From: Eledone cirrhosa
Lineage: Eukaryota
Assembly: GCA_964016885.1 (NCBI GenBank)
Contig: OZ024758.1
Coordinates: forward strand, 14,694,001-14,758,000
Direction: 5' to 3'
Length of the DNA: 64,000 nt
A program made the position numbers and the translations under genes. Below, one piece after another: positions 11,272 to 25,737 of the stretch. Positions within the stretch are counted from its first letter, which is position 1; the number at the start of each line of letters is the position of its first letter. The notes below the pieces were generated by a model. It made no database searches. It saw only the letters and a list, made by a program, of their open reading frames with translations, and was not told where the DNA came from.

Positions 11272-11732
11272 TACAAGTCATGATATACATGTGTGCGTGT
11301 GTATGGAGGGAGGACATCAGGTGCAGTGTTGGCGAATCTCAGGAAGCATGGAGGTTTTAAAGGATGCAGTGTCTCGACAGCTAAACAACTGATGCAGGTA
11401 GTTTGTTCCATGCTTCAGTGACTCTGAACATGAAAAAATGTTTCCGAAAGTCATGGGAGCTGTGCTGTTTTCTGACTTTGTTGGCATGCCCACGTGTGTT
11501 AGACACATGGAAATCGAAAAGGTGCTCAGGGCTGTTGTTGGCAAGATGGTTAATCATTTTGTGGGTGTTTACCAAGTCAGTTGCCAGATGTCGGAGCTTC
11601 AATGTATCCATGGCCAGGGAAGCGAAGTGTTCAGAGTATGGTAGATGCCTGATGGAGGGTATTCGCTTGGTTGCACGTCTCTGAACAGTTTCCTGGAAGT
11701 CAATGTTCTGAGCAAGATAGGGTTTCCAGACA
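11272..11732 (-). mobile_element. CR1-type LINE 3' fragment
   Basis: VWKPYLAQNIDFQETVQRRATK..LASLAMDTLKLR..NTRGH..KHFFMFRVTEAWNKLP; matches 42100-42620. Confidence 0.85.
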
Positions 11733-11765
11733 TTTAATTTAATTCTTTTTATTTAATTCCTTTAG

Positions 11766-12032
11766 ATGCAGATGCGATTCGATGGATACATAGGATTTCC
11801 TGGTGGTCTTGTAGACCCAAATGAATCACCTGTGATGGCAGTGAACCGAGAACTGAAAGAAGAGATTGCTTTAGATATTGAGCAATATCCTGTCAAAAGT
11901 GGCGACCATCTTATGACCCATTTTAGCAAAGAAAAAAACCTTGTGCTGCATTTCTTCACAAAGTCTGTAACAGAAGAAGATTTCAATAAAATACAAGCAA
12001 TGGCCCTTACTTCAGAATGCTACGGAACAGAG
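11766..12032 (+). CDS. NUDT16: NUDT16-family hydrolase, exon 2 (Nudix box)
   Basis: Polypyrimidine-TTTAG acceptor; MQMRFDGYIGFPGGLVDPNESPVMAVNRELKEEIA (Nudix box GX5EX7REUXEE); donor GAG|GTATTT, phase 0. Confidence 0.92.
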
Positions 12033-12214
12033 GTATTTCAAAACATTTCCAGGTTTTTTTACTAACTCATTTCTTTTATTTCTACATCTTAAAAGAGAAA
12101 GCTGTAAAGTATTGAACTGGAGCCACTGGTCTCCCAAACAGGCCAGGGATCTGTGCCTTGCTTATGTATGGTTTCAAGTTCCACCGAGTACATAGGAGAG
12201 GTTGTCATGTCTTG

Positions 12215-12760
12215 GACACAACTGAGGGTCCTCCCAACCCTTTGGCAAGATTTCTATGGCTGGATACCCTTCCTATCACGAATCACTTTACAACGTGTAC
12301 TGGATGTGTTTATCATGTAAATCACCAAACACTAAGGAGGTTGTCTTGTCTTTGACATGACTGAAGGGGCCTCACAGCCCTTTGTTTGGCAGGCTTTCTA
12401 TGGCCGGATGCCCTTCCTACCACAAACCACTTTACAGAGTGTGCTGGGTGCATTTATCATGTAAATCACCAAACACTAAGGAGGTTGTCTTGTCTTTGAC
12501 ATGACTGGAGGGGCCTCACAGCCCTTTGTTTGGCAGGCTTTCTATGGCTGGATGCCGTTCCTATCACCAACCACTTTACAGAGTGTACTGGGTGCATTTA
12601 TTATGGCACCAGCAATAGGGAGGCTGTCAGGTCCTTAACACAACTGAAGGGTCCACCCAACTTTTTGTCTGGATGCCCTTTCTATCACCAACCACTTTCC
12701 AACATGTACTGGGTGCGTTTATTGTGGCACCAACACTAGAAAGGTTGTAAAGGTCCCCCT
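12215..12760 (-). repeat. Tandem SINE-derived units (about 120 bp, 4 copies) in NUDT16 intron 2
   Basis: GGCTGGATGCCCTTCCTA..AACCACTTTACAGAGTGTACTGGGTGC repeated. Confidence 0.65.
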
Positions 12761-12845
12761 TGTCCTATCAGTATATAGTGATGACAATTCTTCATCTCTT
12801 AAACTCAGGTAAACTTAATCTCATCTGTTTCAATAACTTTTTCAG

Positions 12846-13037
12846 GTATTGGGTACAATTATACCACCGCTGTTTACAATGTCAAATGGAAAATCTGGTT
12901 TACCAATCTTTCTCACCAACACATTTGTTGGTAATGCACAACAACAGTTACTATATGCACTGGAATCCTGCGAAATTTTGTCCAAGGCTAAAGTTAACGA
13001 AGCTCTAATGAGGAGTAGAAAATTAAGCAAGCTTTAG
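12846..13037 (+). CDS. NUDT16: NUDT16-family hydrolase, terminal exon
   Basis: TTTTTCAG acceptor; VLGTIIPPLFTM..GLPIFLTNTFVGNAQQQLL resembles NUDT16 VLGLVRVPLYTL..GLPTFLENSFIGSAREQLL; TAG stop; spliced protein about 223 aa. Confidence 0.9.
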   Translation, partial: VLGTIIPPLFTMSNGKSGLPIFLTNTFVGNAQQQLLYALESCEILSKAKVNEALMRSRKLSKL

Positions 13038-13242
13038 AAAAATACCCTGACATAAAATTAATGTTTAATTCACCTCTGCTATTTTATCCATGGGGTGCAG
13101 TTGAAACACCACTCTGATCTAGGTGTAGAGTTTATCCCCTTCCTCCTTTCTTTCTTCCTTTGTCTAATAATCCTTGCTCTTTCCCTCCTTTTCATTTATG
13201 GCATTTACAGTCATTTCCAATACTACTTTCTTTTTCTGTATG

Positions 13243-13650
13243 TTTAACACTTAAGTATTTAAACCGGTCATATCTAGACAGAATTTTCTCACCTCTTTCT
13301 GTTCAAACTGGCCATAACTGGCTGCTCATACTTATGTTAAGGTATTGTTCTCAAAATAAATAATATCAACATTTTATAGATTCAATACTATGTGAGATAA
13401 TTATGTGAAATAAAGTGTTTACCATGAAAATATAGTACATATAGAGTAATGTAAATGCTAAAGGGTTAAAACCCTTTATCAGGAAAATACAATAGTAAAT
13501 ATAGAGTAATGTAAATGCTAAAGGGTTAAAACCCTTTATCAGGAAAATACAATAGTAAATATAGAGTAATGTAAATGCTAAAGAGTTAAAACCCTTTATC
13601 AGGAAAATACAATAGTAAATATAGAGTAATGTAAATGCTGAAGGGTTTAC
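13243..13650. mobile_element. piggyBac-like TTAA MITE with 60-bp tandem duplication of its end
   Basis: TTAAC..TTAAGTATTTAAACCGG start and TAAATGCTAAAGGGTTAA end; 60-bp unit repeated about 4 times. Confidence 0.7.
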
Positions 13651-14283
13651 CAATTAATAGTTATATCAACAATAAATTTATTCCTTTTCTTCTTTAGAAA
13701 AAAAAAGGAAGGAAAAAATTAATAGAGCACTGGAAAAATGAGTGCTTTAGTTAACACAACATTCTTTTAATTGTAAGTTGAGTTTTATATCTTTGCACCC
13801 AGCACGTGTCGAGTTTTATATCTTTCCGTTAAATATTTTTATGTTCTTGTTGTATGGATTGTAATATATTTTTGATACAAGTTTCATTCAATTGTTTTAA
13901 TGTTTTCCGAGTTTATTTTATTGTTTTACTTTGGAATCAGGTTTTTAATGGACTTTTTATTGGGCTGTGTATTAGATAGTAAAGGCTTAGTGGTTAGAGC
14001 GTTGGGCTTGCAATCCTGAGGTTGTGAGTTTGATTCCTGGACTGGGTGATGCATTGTGTCCTTGAGCAAGACACTTTATTTCATGTTGCTCCTTGTACCA
14101 GGAGTTGCAACCGGTAGACAGTATCAGCAATGGAAAGACCAATGGAAACATTGTTTGCTTGGTTTGATTTGACGAAGTACACCCAACTCAGCAAGTGAAT
14201 GAGGTCTGGCATCTTATCCATCGATCAGAGCGAGATATCCAATTTAATGGTCTTTTTATTGGGTTGTATATTAGATAGTGAAG

Positions 14284-14610
14284 GTACACGGCTTAGTGGT
14301 TAGAGCATTGGGCTTGAGATTGTGAGTTCGATTCTCAGACTGGGTGATGTGTTGTGTCTTTGAGCAACACACTTTATTTCACGTTGTTCCAGTTAACTCA
14401 GCTGTAGAAATGAGCTGCGACATCACTGGTGCCAAGCTGTATCAGCCATTGCCTTTCCCTTGGATAACATTAGTGGCCTGGAGAGGGGAGACTGGTATAC
14501 ATGGGTGGCTACTGGTCTTCCACAAACAACCTTGCCCAGACTTGTGCTTCAGAGAACTTTCTAGGTGCAAATCGCATGGTCATTTGTAACCAAAGGGGGT
14601 CTTTACCCTT
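14284..14610 (+). mobile_element. tRNA-derived SINE, family B
   Basis: GGCTTAGTGGTTAGAGC A-box, GAGTTCGATTC B-box, TGAGCAAGACACTTTATTTCAC core; a second head at 13984-14095. Confidence 0.75.
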
Positions 14611-15009
14611 TATATTAGCTGAGCAGACAGCCATTAATTTGTTTGGGTTTATCAGAGCTGATGGTTTATTTCAGTGGTTGGCTGTAGGTCTGAAGGGGTT
14701 TATATGGTTGAAGGGGTTTATATGGTTGAACTGAGCGAGTGAAGCATGGCCATTTATGAAATGGGGTTGTAGTTGCTGCAGGTAACAATAATTATTATAG
14801 GAAGGGCATTCAGCCACAGCAAGCTTGCCAAACAAAGGTTGTTTAGGAGGCCCCATTAGTTTGTGTCAAAAGACATAACTTCTCCACACTTGATATGATC
14901 GTATGTAAGTGTGATACAGACCCCCCTGGCCTGTCAGGAGGTCAGTAGCCCCACTTCGGTACTGACTTGATCTATGTAGACCGGTCCAGCCCTTGCTAGC
15001 AGACGTTAA

Positions 15010-15041
<32 letters not shown>

Positions 15042-17419
15042 AGCAACTACGTAATAGTTTCATCATCATCATTAAATATCTATTTTCCATACTTGCATGG
15101 GTTAGACAAGTCAGGTAACCATGTTCCATTTTAGTTTGGTTTTCTATGGCTGGATGCCTTTCTTAATGCTAAACACTTTACAGCATGTACTGAGAGTATT
15201 TTATCGTACTGCCAACACTACTACCTTGCAGGGTGAACTTGGTGCATTTTTTTCGTCATGACAACAGCAAGCCTCAAATGTTGAAGGAAGGAGGGAGAGA
15301 GAGAAACTGGGTGCTTTTTTGTCATGACACCAGTAAGCCTCAACAAATGTTGAAAAGGAGAGAGAGAAAAAACAAGAAAATGGCTAATATTTTTGTGACA
15401 TGTCACCTCAGGGTGACATGTCCTCTTCTGCTGTTTGCACTGTGTGATGTAAGAGAGAGAGAGAGAGAGAGAAAGGGTATGAACGGAAGCAAGAAGCAGT
15501 TTAAGAAGAGAGTTTAGAGTTAGTCAGCTTTAAATTAGACGTGAAATAGCTTCCTATCACAATGAGTAACTCTTCACACCACAAGGCAAGTGGAAAACTA
15601 GAAACACAGAAAACCCAGAAGCAGGATTATGAGAATGTCATACTTCAAACATATCAAGAATTTCATTAAGCATTAAATATATTTTATTTTAGAAATGTTT
15701 GTTAAGTAGTGATCTAAATATCAGCTTACTTATAACAGACTGATTAAATTCTTCCAAATTTTTGGTTATTTTTCAAAATCAATTGAAAGACATAAGTTTG
15801 TATTTCTTTAGAAATATCATAAAAGGGTTAGAACAAACAGGGTTTATTTATTTATTTTTTTATTTTTATTATCATAGAACCAGGGGATGGTTTCAGATAG
15901 TTTATCAAAAAGATTTATATCACAAAACCTGAAGTGAAACAATGCAATGCCAGAAAAAAATATCAGAAAAATAAATTGTTTATGAAGCATTTGTAATGTC
16001 AACAAAATGGTTGGGATTTAAACCTTTAACCTTTTCATTACTGTATTTATAATGAAATATACTCTTTTGAAGGATTTACTCAAATGATTAATTATTTTGT
16101 TCTTAATATAATAACTTAAAATATGGTTCTTGTATAATATCATGTTGGAAGATAGGAATTTATTGAGGAATTGTTTGAAAAGGGTGGTTTTCTTTCATAG
16201 AACCAGTGAAGGTTTTGACCTGGTTGGTATTAAAAGGGTTAAACTCTAAATTGCCCCTATTAAAGTGTTCAAATTTAAATTTAACATTGTAATATAAATA
16301 TACTCCTCAAACTTTTTTCATGGAACCACAGACACTCCTTTGCAGAACCCTTGGGTTCTGTGGAACCCACTTTAGGAACCACTGGTCTATAGTGACCATG
16401 AGGGTCTATTTTTGTAGAGATTACTTTTGTTAAAAACAACAACACAACAAATTGAAACTATAATTTTTAATTCATTAGCAAGGAAATTAAAAATCCTACA
16501 TAAAAGAAATGGGATTTCTATAATCTTGGAGATTGTTTCAGTTTATGCAAGCAAATGTTGTCCCATTAAAAAACAAAAAACAAGAGAGATTCAGCTGCCA
16601 CAATATTCAACCAGCTTCCACACAGGCAGTTGACATCAAAACCCTAACCAGTATGCAAGATTATATCTCCTGACAGGTTGATATTTTCTTTTACTTTTAT
16701 TGCGATGATCTTCGAGTGGTTTGTCATATTCAGCACCTGCAAAGAAAGTTAAACCTCAAAATACTAGCGTATGACAAACGTTTTGAATGATTTGAGATGA
16801 CATGATCACTAAAATATATACGGACAAACATTAGCTATGATGATTAATTGACCAAAGTTAGGAACAAATCCAGATTATAGAAAAATAAAAAAAAACAAAA
16901 CCCAAGCATGCTTCTTTTTTTTTATAATTGATTTTTTTTTCTCTTGTTTTTTCTTCATAATACAAAGACGTAACATTTGGAATGGCTTCGAAGTAGTTTA
17001 AATTAGTCTAGTCACAAATAAGGATTAGAAAACCAAAAGATTAGAAAATGATTAATGAGTTGTTTTATCGGCATTTTTGCCACCTTGTATAAGATTTTCC
17101 CCTTTCAAGGGTGTTTGGATAGTTTTCAATTTAACAGGAAGAAACTTCCTGAAATTTATAAAAAAATATATATTGATGTTTTCTCACGTCAGTGCTCCAG
17201 CATGGTCTAAGCCTGCCGGCTGGAACAAGGAGTAGAGAAATATATAGATGTTAGTTAATTTTCTGAGCAATATTAACAACCATCATTTCTAGATTGAATT
17301 GGGATTAATTTTTACAACACTGGATTTTAACTTACTAAAAAAATAATTTAAATATATCATTTGTAAAATAAGGTTTGGCCAACAATTACTTGAGTAATTT
17401 ATCAAATATAAACTTGACT

Positions 17420-17905
17420 TATTTGTGAGTTGTACTTGTCTGGTAAGTAATATGATCTGAGACTGTTGAAACTAAAGTAATTAGATCTTGGAAGAGTCAC
17501 TTTTGATATTTTATGATCTGGTCACTGACACACTAGTCTGGCAAGTGACTTGATCTGAGACTGTGTTGAAACTCAAATAATTACATCATGGAAGAATCAC
17601 TTTAGCTATTTTATGATATGGTCACTCATACCGAGTTGTACTTGTCTGGCAAGTAATATGATCTGAGACTGTGTGTTGAAACTAAAGCCTTACATCATGG
17701 AAGAGTCACTTTTGATATTTTATGATTTGGTCATTCACACAGAGTTATACCAGTCTGCCAGATCACTTAATTTGAGACTGTTTGTTGAAACTAAAGTAAT
17801 CATGGAGGAGTCACTTTAGCTATTTTATGATCTGGTCTCTGCTAGATGACTTGATCTGAAACTGTGTGTTGAAACTAAAGCAATTACATCATGGAAGAGT
17901 CATAT
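17420..17905. repeat. Degenerate tandem repeat of about 100-120 bp
   Basis: GATCTGAGACTGT..GTTGAAACTAAAG..CATGGAAGAGTCACTTT..ATTTTATGAT recurs about 5 times. Confidence 0.7.
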
Positions 17906-18569
17906 CAGCCATTTAAAAACACATTGTAGATCTGTGTCAGTGAACAAACTTGTGACACCGAGAAATAAATGATAAATATAAAGTGAAAAGTTTTTCTGTA
18001 TTTTTGAATGGCTAAAATGACTTGCATTGTTAAAACTTGACTAATATTTAACATGACTTCACTGAACATCACAACAGTAAGGAATTGTGACAATTTTCAA
18101 TTGTTGTTTATGAATTTTCAATATAAAATCTGACATTTCTTTAGAGAAGTATTAAAGAAAACCTTGTTTTCTACTACTTTTACTCACCCTTTATTTCAAC
18201 ATGGGAAAGTAAGAAACCTGTGTTGTTTTGAGTTGTACTTGTCTGACAAGTCACTTGATCTGTGACTGCCTGTTGAAACTAAAGCAATTATGTAATAGAA
18301 GAGTCATTAACAACTCAAAAACACAAAAATTGGTAACTTCACTTTACATTCATTATTTCTTTCTCTTAGTGTTTAACTTTGTTTTATTCTTTGCAACACA
18401 ATTCCACTGCAACTCGGCAATTGAACAGCAGCAACGACAAGGTCACAAACAGTGCAACAACTTTACACACCAAAAAAAAAACAAAAAAACCTGATATATA
18501 CAAAGTGAATTTAACAATTTTGTGTGATTTTCAATGACTAAAATGACTTTCCCACAATGTCCTTGCTAC

Positions 18570-18782
18570 AATGGTTTCTGATTTAGACACAAGGCCAACA
18601 ATTTTGGGGAAGGGAAAGTTGATTAAATTGACCCCAGTACATTACTGGTGTTTTATTTTATCAATCCCGCAAGGATGAAAGGTAAAGCTAACCTTGGTGG
18701 GATTTGAACTCAGATCACAAAGGGCCATAACTCTATGCAGTGAAGCATGTTTGACACTACCGATACTGCCAATCCGCTGCCC
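18570..18782 (-). mobile_element. Family A SINE
   Basis: Homologous to 2284-2470, including the 5' head. Confidence 0.75.
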
Positions 18783-20111
18783 TAATTACTGCTATAATAA
18801 AATCAGAAATTGTTCGGTAACTGATATTTTAGTTAAGAAATACAAAAGTTTAAATAGTTTAAAGGCAGTTTATTTTTAATATATCACCACTTATTAAAAA
18901 AAAGAAAATCCCTATGCAGTTGTTATATATGTTGAATTAATTCAACAGAAATTCAAGATAGTCAGTAAAGGATGTTTTTGCTTGGACGTAAGAAGAGAAA
19001 GGCTGTTTCATATCTGTTAACTCTGCAAAACATGGCAGCCATTTTAATGTTATATAAATGTTGTGGAAAAAAATAATAATAATAATTTGCATAATTTTTA
19101 GATATCAAACTTTAATGAATATAAAAATAGTTTCATTTATATTAATTTCCTTGAAAATCAGATCCTTGTTTTGTCTTTTTAGAGTCTTGAATTAAAAATA
19201 TCAAGTATAATAATTGTTCAATTCTGTTATAGTTATTAGTGTCTATATTTATAAAGGGAATGTTGTTAATGATGTGAGGTTCATTATGATTCTTCAAGGA
19301 CAATGATAATGAAAGTGAAATGGTAATCACTGAATGTCCCTCAAGGGGACATGGGTTAGCCTTGAATAATGGTTTCTGATTTCAGCACAAGGCCAACAAT
19401 GTTAGAAAGGGGAAAGTCAATTAAATCGGCCCCAGTGCATTACTGGTGCCGAATGAATAATGCATGATGGCAAGCAATAAAACATGAGCCCAGTTTTTTC
19501 TCAGGAACCAAAAATGGACTGGAAAGTTCTCTCAAGATCTCTGAAGAACTTATTTGGTTTATCTAATATAGAAAATAGAAATGAACTAAAATGTTTTCGT
19601 TTAGAAAGTTTTATGCAGATTTATAATTTTATTTGAAAAACAAAATATTTAAATTTAAACAAACAAATAAAAAAAACTTATTAAAATTTTTTTTTTTTTT
19701 TTTTACAAATAATTATTTTGTTTATTTATATCATTTTATTCAAAGTTAATATTTCATCATATGAACCAAATCCCAAAAGGCCAAAAAATTTTTTTTATTT
19801 CTAATGCAGAAATAAAAATGGTAATTCTTTAAAAAAAAAAAAGAAAAAAAAAGAAGAAAAAAGAAAAAAAAAAGAAATTTTATTAATAAATAAAAATAAA
19901 CACGATTTTTTTTTTTTTCAAATTAACAATGATATCTAAGTTTTCATTTTTAAATATTTCATCTTCCCAGCTGCACCATATATTGAAATGTTCAAATAAA
20001 AAGGGGAAAAAAAACCAAAAAAAAACCATATCAAATATATTTAGAATGCCATGATTTTAGAAAAAAAAAAAAAAAAAAAAAAAAATGTTGCTACAACTAA
20101 ATGCTCTCTCC

Positions 20112-20168
<57 letters not shown>

Positions 20169-20544
20169 ACTTTCTTGTAAAATACCAGAATCTGAAGAAG
20201 TCTTGGCATCTTATCTCCAGCAAAACAATTTCACATTTAGCCAAAATGTCCAATATACACAGGTTTTCAAGAGATTAAATATGATTTTCTTCTCCCCGAG
20301 ATGCAAGAGGGCATCAGAAATTTACCAGCTATGTTTTCCCTTGTTTTATAATAATTATTATCATCATCATCGTTATTTCAAAATATTAAATAGTGCAGAA
20401 ATGTTAACTGGTTAGGGAGGAAGTCGTGGTGGAATTATAAAAAAATATGAAATGGGCGAGTTGAAAAAATAATTTAATAATTCCCTTTAGGGGGTCTGCA
20501 GAGTAGAAATATATATATTATATATATTTAAGGGGTCTTCGGAG

Positions 20545-20587
<43 letters not shown>

Positions 20588-20754
20588 TTAAGGGCTCTTG
20601 AGAGTAGATATATATGTTATATATACTTAGGGGCTCTTTGGAGTAGAAATATATATATATTTAAAGGGTCTTTGGAGTAGATATATATATTATATATATT
20701 TAGGGTTCTTCAGAGTATATATATATATATATATTTAGGGGCTCTTCAGAGTAG

Positions 20755-20789
<35 letters not shown>

Positions 20790-20959
20790 TATATATATTT
20801 AGGGCTCTTTTAGAATAGAAATATATATTATATATATTTTTATTATATCTTCTGTTGTCACTTGTTACATTTAACTGGTTAGCAATTTTATTTGTCACAT
20901 CACACTTTAACTGACACATAAAAAAATAATACATAGTGTGGGCATCCCTAATCATATGT

Positions 20960-21250
20960 ATAAGACCCCTTTCCAAGGTGCAAGCTTGGGCAAGGTGTTT
21001 TGTGAAAGACCAGCAGTTGTCCATACATGCCACCAATGTTGCCCTTGACCAAGGGAAAGGTTATATAAGCTGATACAGCTTGGCACTAGTGTCATCACAA
21101 CTCATTTTTCCGGCTGAGTGGAATGGAGCAATAAAGTGAGAGAAAGTATCTTGCTCAAGGACACAACATGCCACCTAGTCCAGGAATCGAACTAACAACC
21201 TTATGATTGTGAACCCAACACCCTAACCACTAAGCTGCATGCCTTCACTA
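20960..21250 (-). mobile_element. Family B SINE
   Basis: Reverse complement of the 14284-14610 family (CTTGCTCAAGGACACAAC..CCCTAACCACTAAG). Confidence 0.7.
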
Positions 21251-22278
21251 TTCACATGTATAATACAATATTTGTTCACACAGGTTAAATAGAAGCCTTC
21301 TGAATATAGACAAAGAAGGATTAGCCCTAGTAGGCTCACAGAGGACTGTAATGTCTATGGCTTTACTTGTAGCATTAACAACACACACACAAAGGAAAAG
21401 AAAAGAATCGGCCATAAGATCAGACCAAGGCAACTATGTTTCCATTTCTGATACTATCTGCCAGATATCAAACCAAAGAGACTATGTTTCCATTTCTGAT
21501 ACTATCTGCCAGACAGAACTCCTGAGAGAAGCATCACTTCTTTGCTAGAAGCAGAAGAGGCAAGATTTCAACCCTGTACACACACAGTCAGAACAGATTC
21601 CACAAGCCATGACATCCGACTCTTTAAGAAATTCTGGTCAATTCATTGTCGATCAACTGATACTTTATTTATCAACATGATGAAAGGCAAAATTGACCTT
21701 GGCAGGATTTGAATTCAGAGTAGAGAGAAGACAAAACAAATACCAGGCCATTTAATCTGATATTGTAATGAATGACTGACAATTTCACCAGTGAAGTGGA
21801 ATAGATCCGACTGGGAAGGATATAGGCTAATATATATATATATATATAAAAAGTGAACGTAGAACTAATATATATATATTAGTTCACTGTAAATGAGGTT
21901 GGTGTTAGGAAGGGCATCCAGCTGTAGAAATCAAGCCAGAATCAGTTCCCGTCCCACCCTTGCAAGCAGGGAAAAGCGGACGTAAAATGAAATGATGAAA
22001 ATGATGATATGTATATATATATCATCACAGTTCTATGTTCACTTTTTTTATGCTGACATGGGTTGGATGGATATATCATCGTCATCATATATATATACAT
22101 AGACACAGATACACATATATCATTATCATTCTATGTTGACTTATTTTATGCTGGCATGGGTTGGATGGATATATATATCTATATATATATATATATACAC
22201 ACACACACAAATACTAACATGGTGTCAGTTGCATAACTAGTCCAACACTTATAGCAGGTAAAACTATGTTAAAAGATG

Positions 22279-22321
<43 letters not shown>

Positions 22322-22398
22322 AGTTTATTCCAGGTTCAATTGGGGGTAACCACAGTAAGTAAGGTACTCAATACATAGCAGAGTATAAATATTTAATA

Positions 22399-22501
22399 TA
22401 GAATTGGCTTCTAGAAGACTAGAACTGTTTCATTCGGGACAAATCATCAGGAAGCCATGATGATTTCTCCCAAATGAAACAGTTCTAGTCCTGTAGAAAC
22501 C

Positions 22502-22509
<8 letters not shown>
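22399..22509. repeat. About 110-bp inverted repeat whose arms carry degenerate hammerhead-like cores
   Basis: GACTAGAACTGTTTCATT..AAATCATCA pairs with TGATGATTT..AATGAAACAGTTCTAGTC. Confidence 0.65.
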
Positions 22510-22565
<56 letters not shown>

Positions 22566-22566
<1 letters not shown>

Positions 22567-22805
22567 ATATCACTTTGACCGACCAGTCTGTCGGGCGCCA
22601 ATCGACGCCGCTGGTCACAGCCATAAGATAACGCCATCCCTCTGGCTGGGCGGGCAGGCCGATACTCATTTCTACAGCTGAGTAAACTGGAGCAACATGA
22701 AATAAAGTGTCTTGCTCAAGGAAACAACACATCACCCGGTCTGAGAATTGACTCACAACCTTTCAATTGCAAGCCCAATGCTCTAACCACTAAGCCATGC
22801 GCCTT
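22566..22805 (-). mobile_element. Family B SINE head with a distinct GC-rich tail
   Basis: Same head and core as 35575-35710, but continues into a different GC-rich 3' part. Confidence 0.65.
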
Positions 22806-22941
22806 TGTGTAAGTGTAAAAAGATCTAGGCCCTATCTCCATATATGGATGTAATTAATAGTGCATAAGATATCGGTAAGCCTTTTCAATGTGATACAAAA
22901 CAGTCCTTGGCTACTATCTATCTATATATATATAGACACAG

Positions 22942-22974
<33 letters not shown>

Positions 22975-23519
22975 TGTATATATATGTACCTTATTCTCTT
23001 ATCTGACTACATGACTGCACACAGACAATACAATACTAATACAGTATATACTTTGTGTGAATGAGTGTATATAAGTTTCTTGATGTTCCTCTTCCGACAC
23101 GCTATAGCTTTCGTTATATGAATATATATATATATATATATATATATGAATATATATATATATATATATATATATACATTGATAGACACAGACACCTGAG
23201 TTACACACACACATATAATTATATATATATATATATATACACACAGACAGACAGACAACTGGGTTATGCACAGATATATAATATATATATATATATATAC
23301 TTATAAACACACACAGACAACTGGGTTATGCACAGATATATATATATACACACATACATGTATATACACATACATACATATACACATATATACATACACA
23401 CACATATATCTACATACACATATCCATACATACACACACACATATACATACACATATATATATATACAATATATATACATACATACATACATACATATAC
23501 ATAAATACACACACATACA

Positions 23520-23581
<62 letters not shown>

Positions 23582-23744
23582 TACATATATATATATATAC
23601 ACACATATACATACATACATACATATATATATACACACATATACATACATACACATACATACATATATATACACACATATACATACATACACATATATAA
23701 ACATACACACATACATACATACATATATACATAAATACACACAC

Positions 23745-23782
<38 letters not shown>

Positions 23783-24120
23783 GTAGACACTTAACATGGG
23801 AATATTGAACAAAACAATAGATATGTTATGAAACATTTCTAACTGGTAGACAGAAGGAAAGAAAATAAAACAAATAAAGAAGCAAAAATCAAAAACAAAA
23901 ATATCATTTAGAGAGGCCAAAAGGAAAATGGGAAATTAAATAGGGAATCACTTCAACCCCAATGAAAGATTATATACCTTATATATATATATCACATACC
24001 TTATATATATATATATATATCACATACATATATATACTCATGTATAAATATATTCATATGTATATATATATATATATATACACATATACTCATATGTATA
24101 TATACATGTATGTACTTGTA

Positions 24121-24160
<40 letters not shown>

Positions 24161-24875
24161 CATATATGTTTATATATATACACATATATATGTACATGTT
24201 TATATATACATACACATATACATGTATATGTTTATATATACACACATATACACATGTATATGTTTATATATACACATGTATACACATGTATATGTTTATA
24301 TATACACATGTATATGTTTATATATACACACATATACACATATATATGTACATGTTTATATATACACACATATACACACATATATATATGTACATGTTTA
24401 TATATACACACATATACACACACACATATATATATATGAGAGTTATCTACAAACAGGAGTGTTTTGTGGGGTATAAATATGGATATATAAGTTGATATGT
24501 TTAAAACCAAGTCGACAGTGGAGATGTTACTACATACACACACATAGACAGATACATATATATATATACACACATACACTCATATATGTAGACACACATA
24601 CATATATACACACATACACACTCATATATGTAGACATATATACATATATATAGACACATATACACTCATATGTAGACATACATATACACATACACACTCA
24701 TATATGTAGACACTACAACTAAAACACATACATAGAAGTGACACACACACACAAGTGAGTAGACTGAAGGAGTTGACATTGTGTCACAGTAATGGGAGCT
24801 GTCACAACTGTAACACATGGCTACCATGTATATATACACACATGAAGGGTACTATATATTTACACACACGAAGGG

Positions 24876-24915
<40 letters not shown>

Positions 24916-25737
24916 TGCATGCATGGGTAGATGTATATACACATACACACACACATTCAGTATTATGTATATACACAAATGGATATCATACATACATACA
25001 TACACATAGGTGTTATGTATACACACATACATGGATATTATGTATAAACACATACATGAGTAGTATGTATATACACATACATGGGTATTACGTAAACATA
25101 CATGGATAGTATACATACATACACATACACACACACATGGATAGTATATACACATATATACATACATACACACAGACAAGTAATTTCACAGGGATGGGTA
25201 CCAATGGTGGCAGCACATGGGCAGAGATTAAACAATTCCTTATATGGTATGTGTATGTTTAAATGTAAGAGATGAGTTGTTACTAAGATTATAAATCATT
25301 GTTCTGACTATTAAACTCATCAGTTTGTAGACACAGCTTGGCTGAATAGTTCAAGGCGTTGATCCCACTCTGTAGCATGTTGGGCAAGTGTGATTCACCT
25401 TAGACTCAAGTTGATCCAAGCTTTGTGAGTCAAACTGCGCAACCAGAAATGTTTTAAAAGTCTGCTTTCAGATGAACTGTTCCTGTTATACAAAAGTCAA
25501 GCCTTATCATGCACTATATCAAGCTGAATCTCCCTGAGAATTAGTGTCATGCTAATTTGGCTTGGGAATTGCGTTAAAGGTACACGTGCCTATGGAATGC
25601 TTGGTCACTTACACTGAGCCAGCTGTTCTGTTGATCAAACAACTGAAACACTCATCATGGAAACTATCAAAGGTTGATTCAAACTTCATTTAAAAATAAG
25701 ACTACATTGTTTTCATTAGTCTGATCTTTGACAGTCA

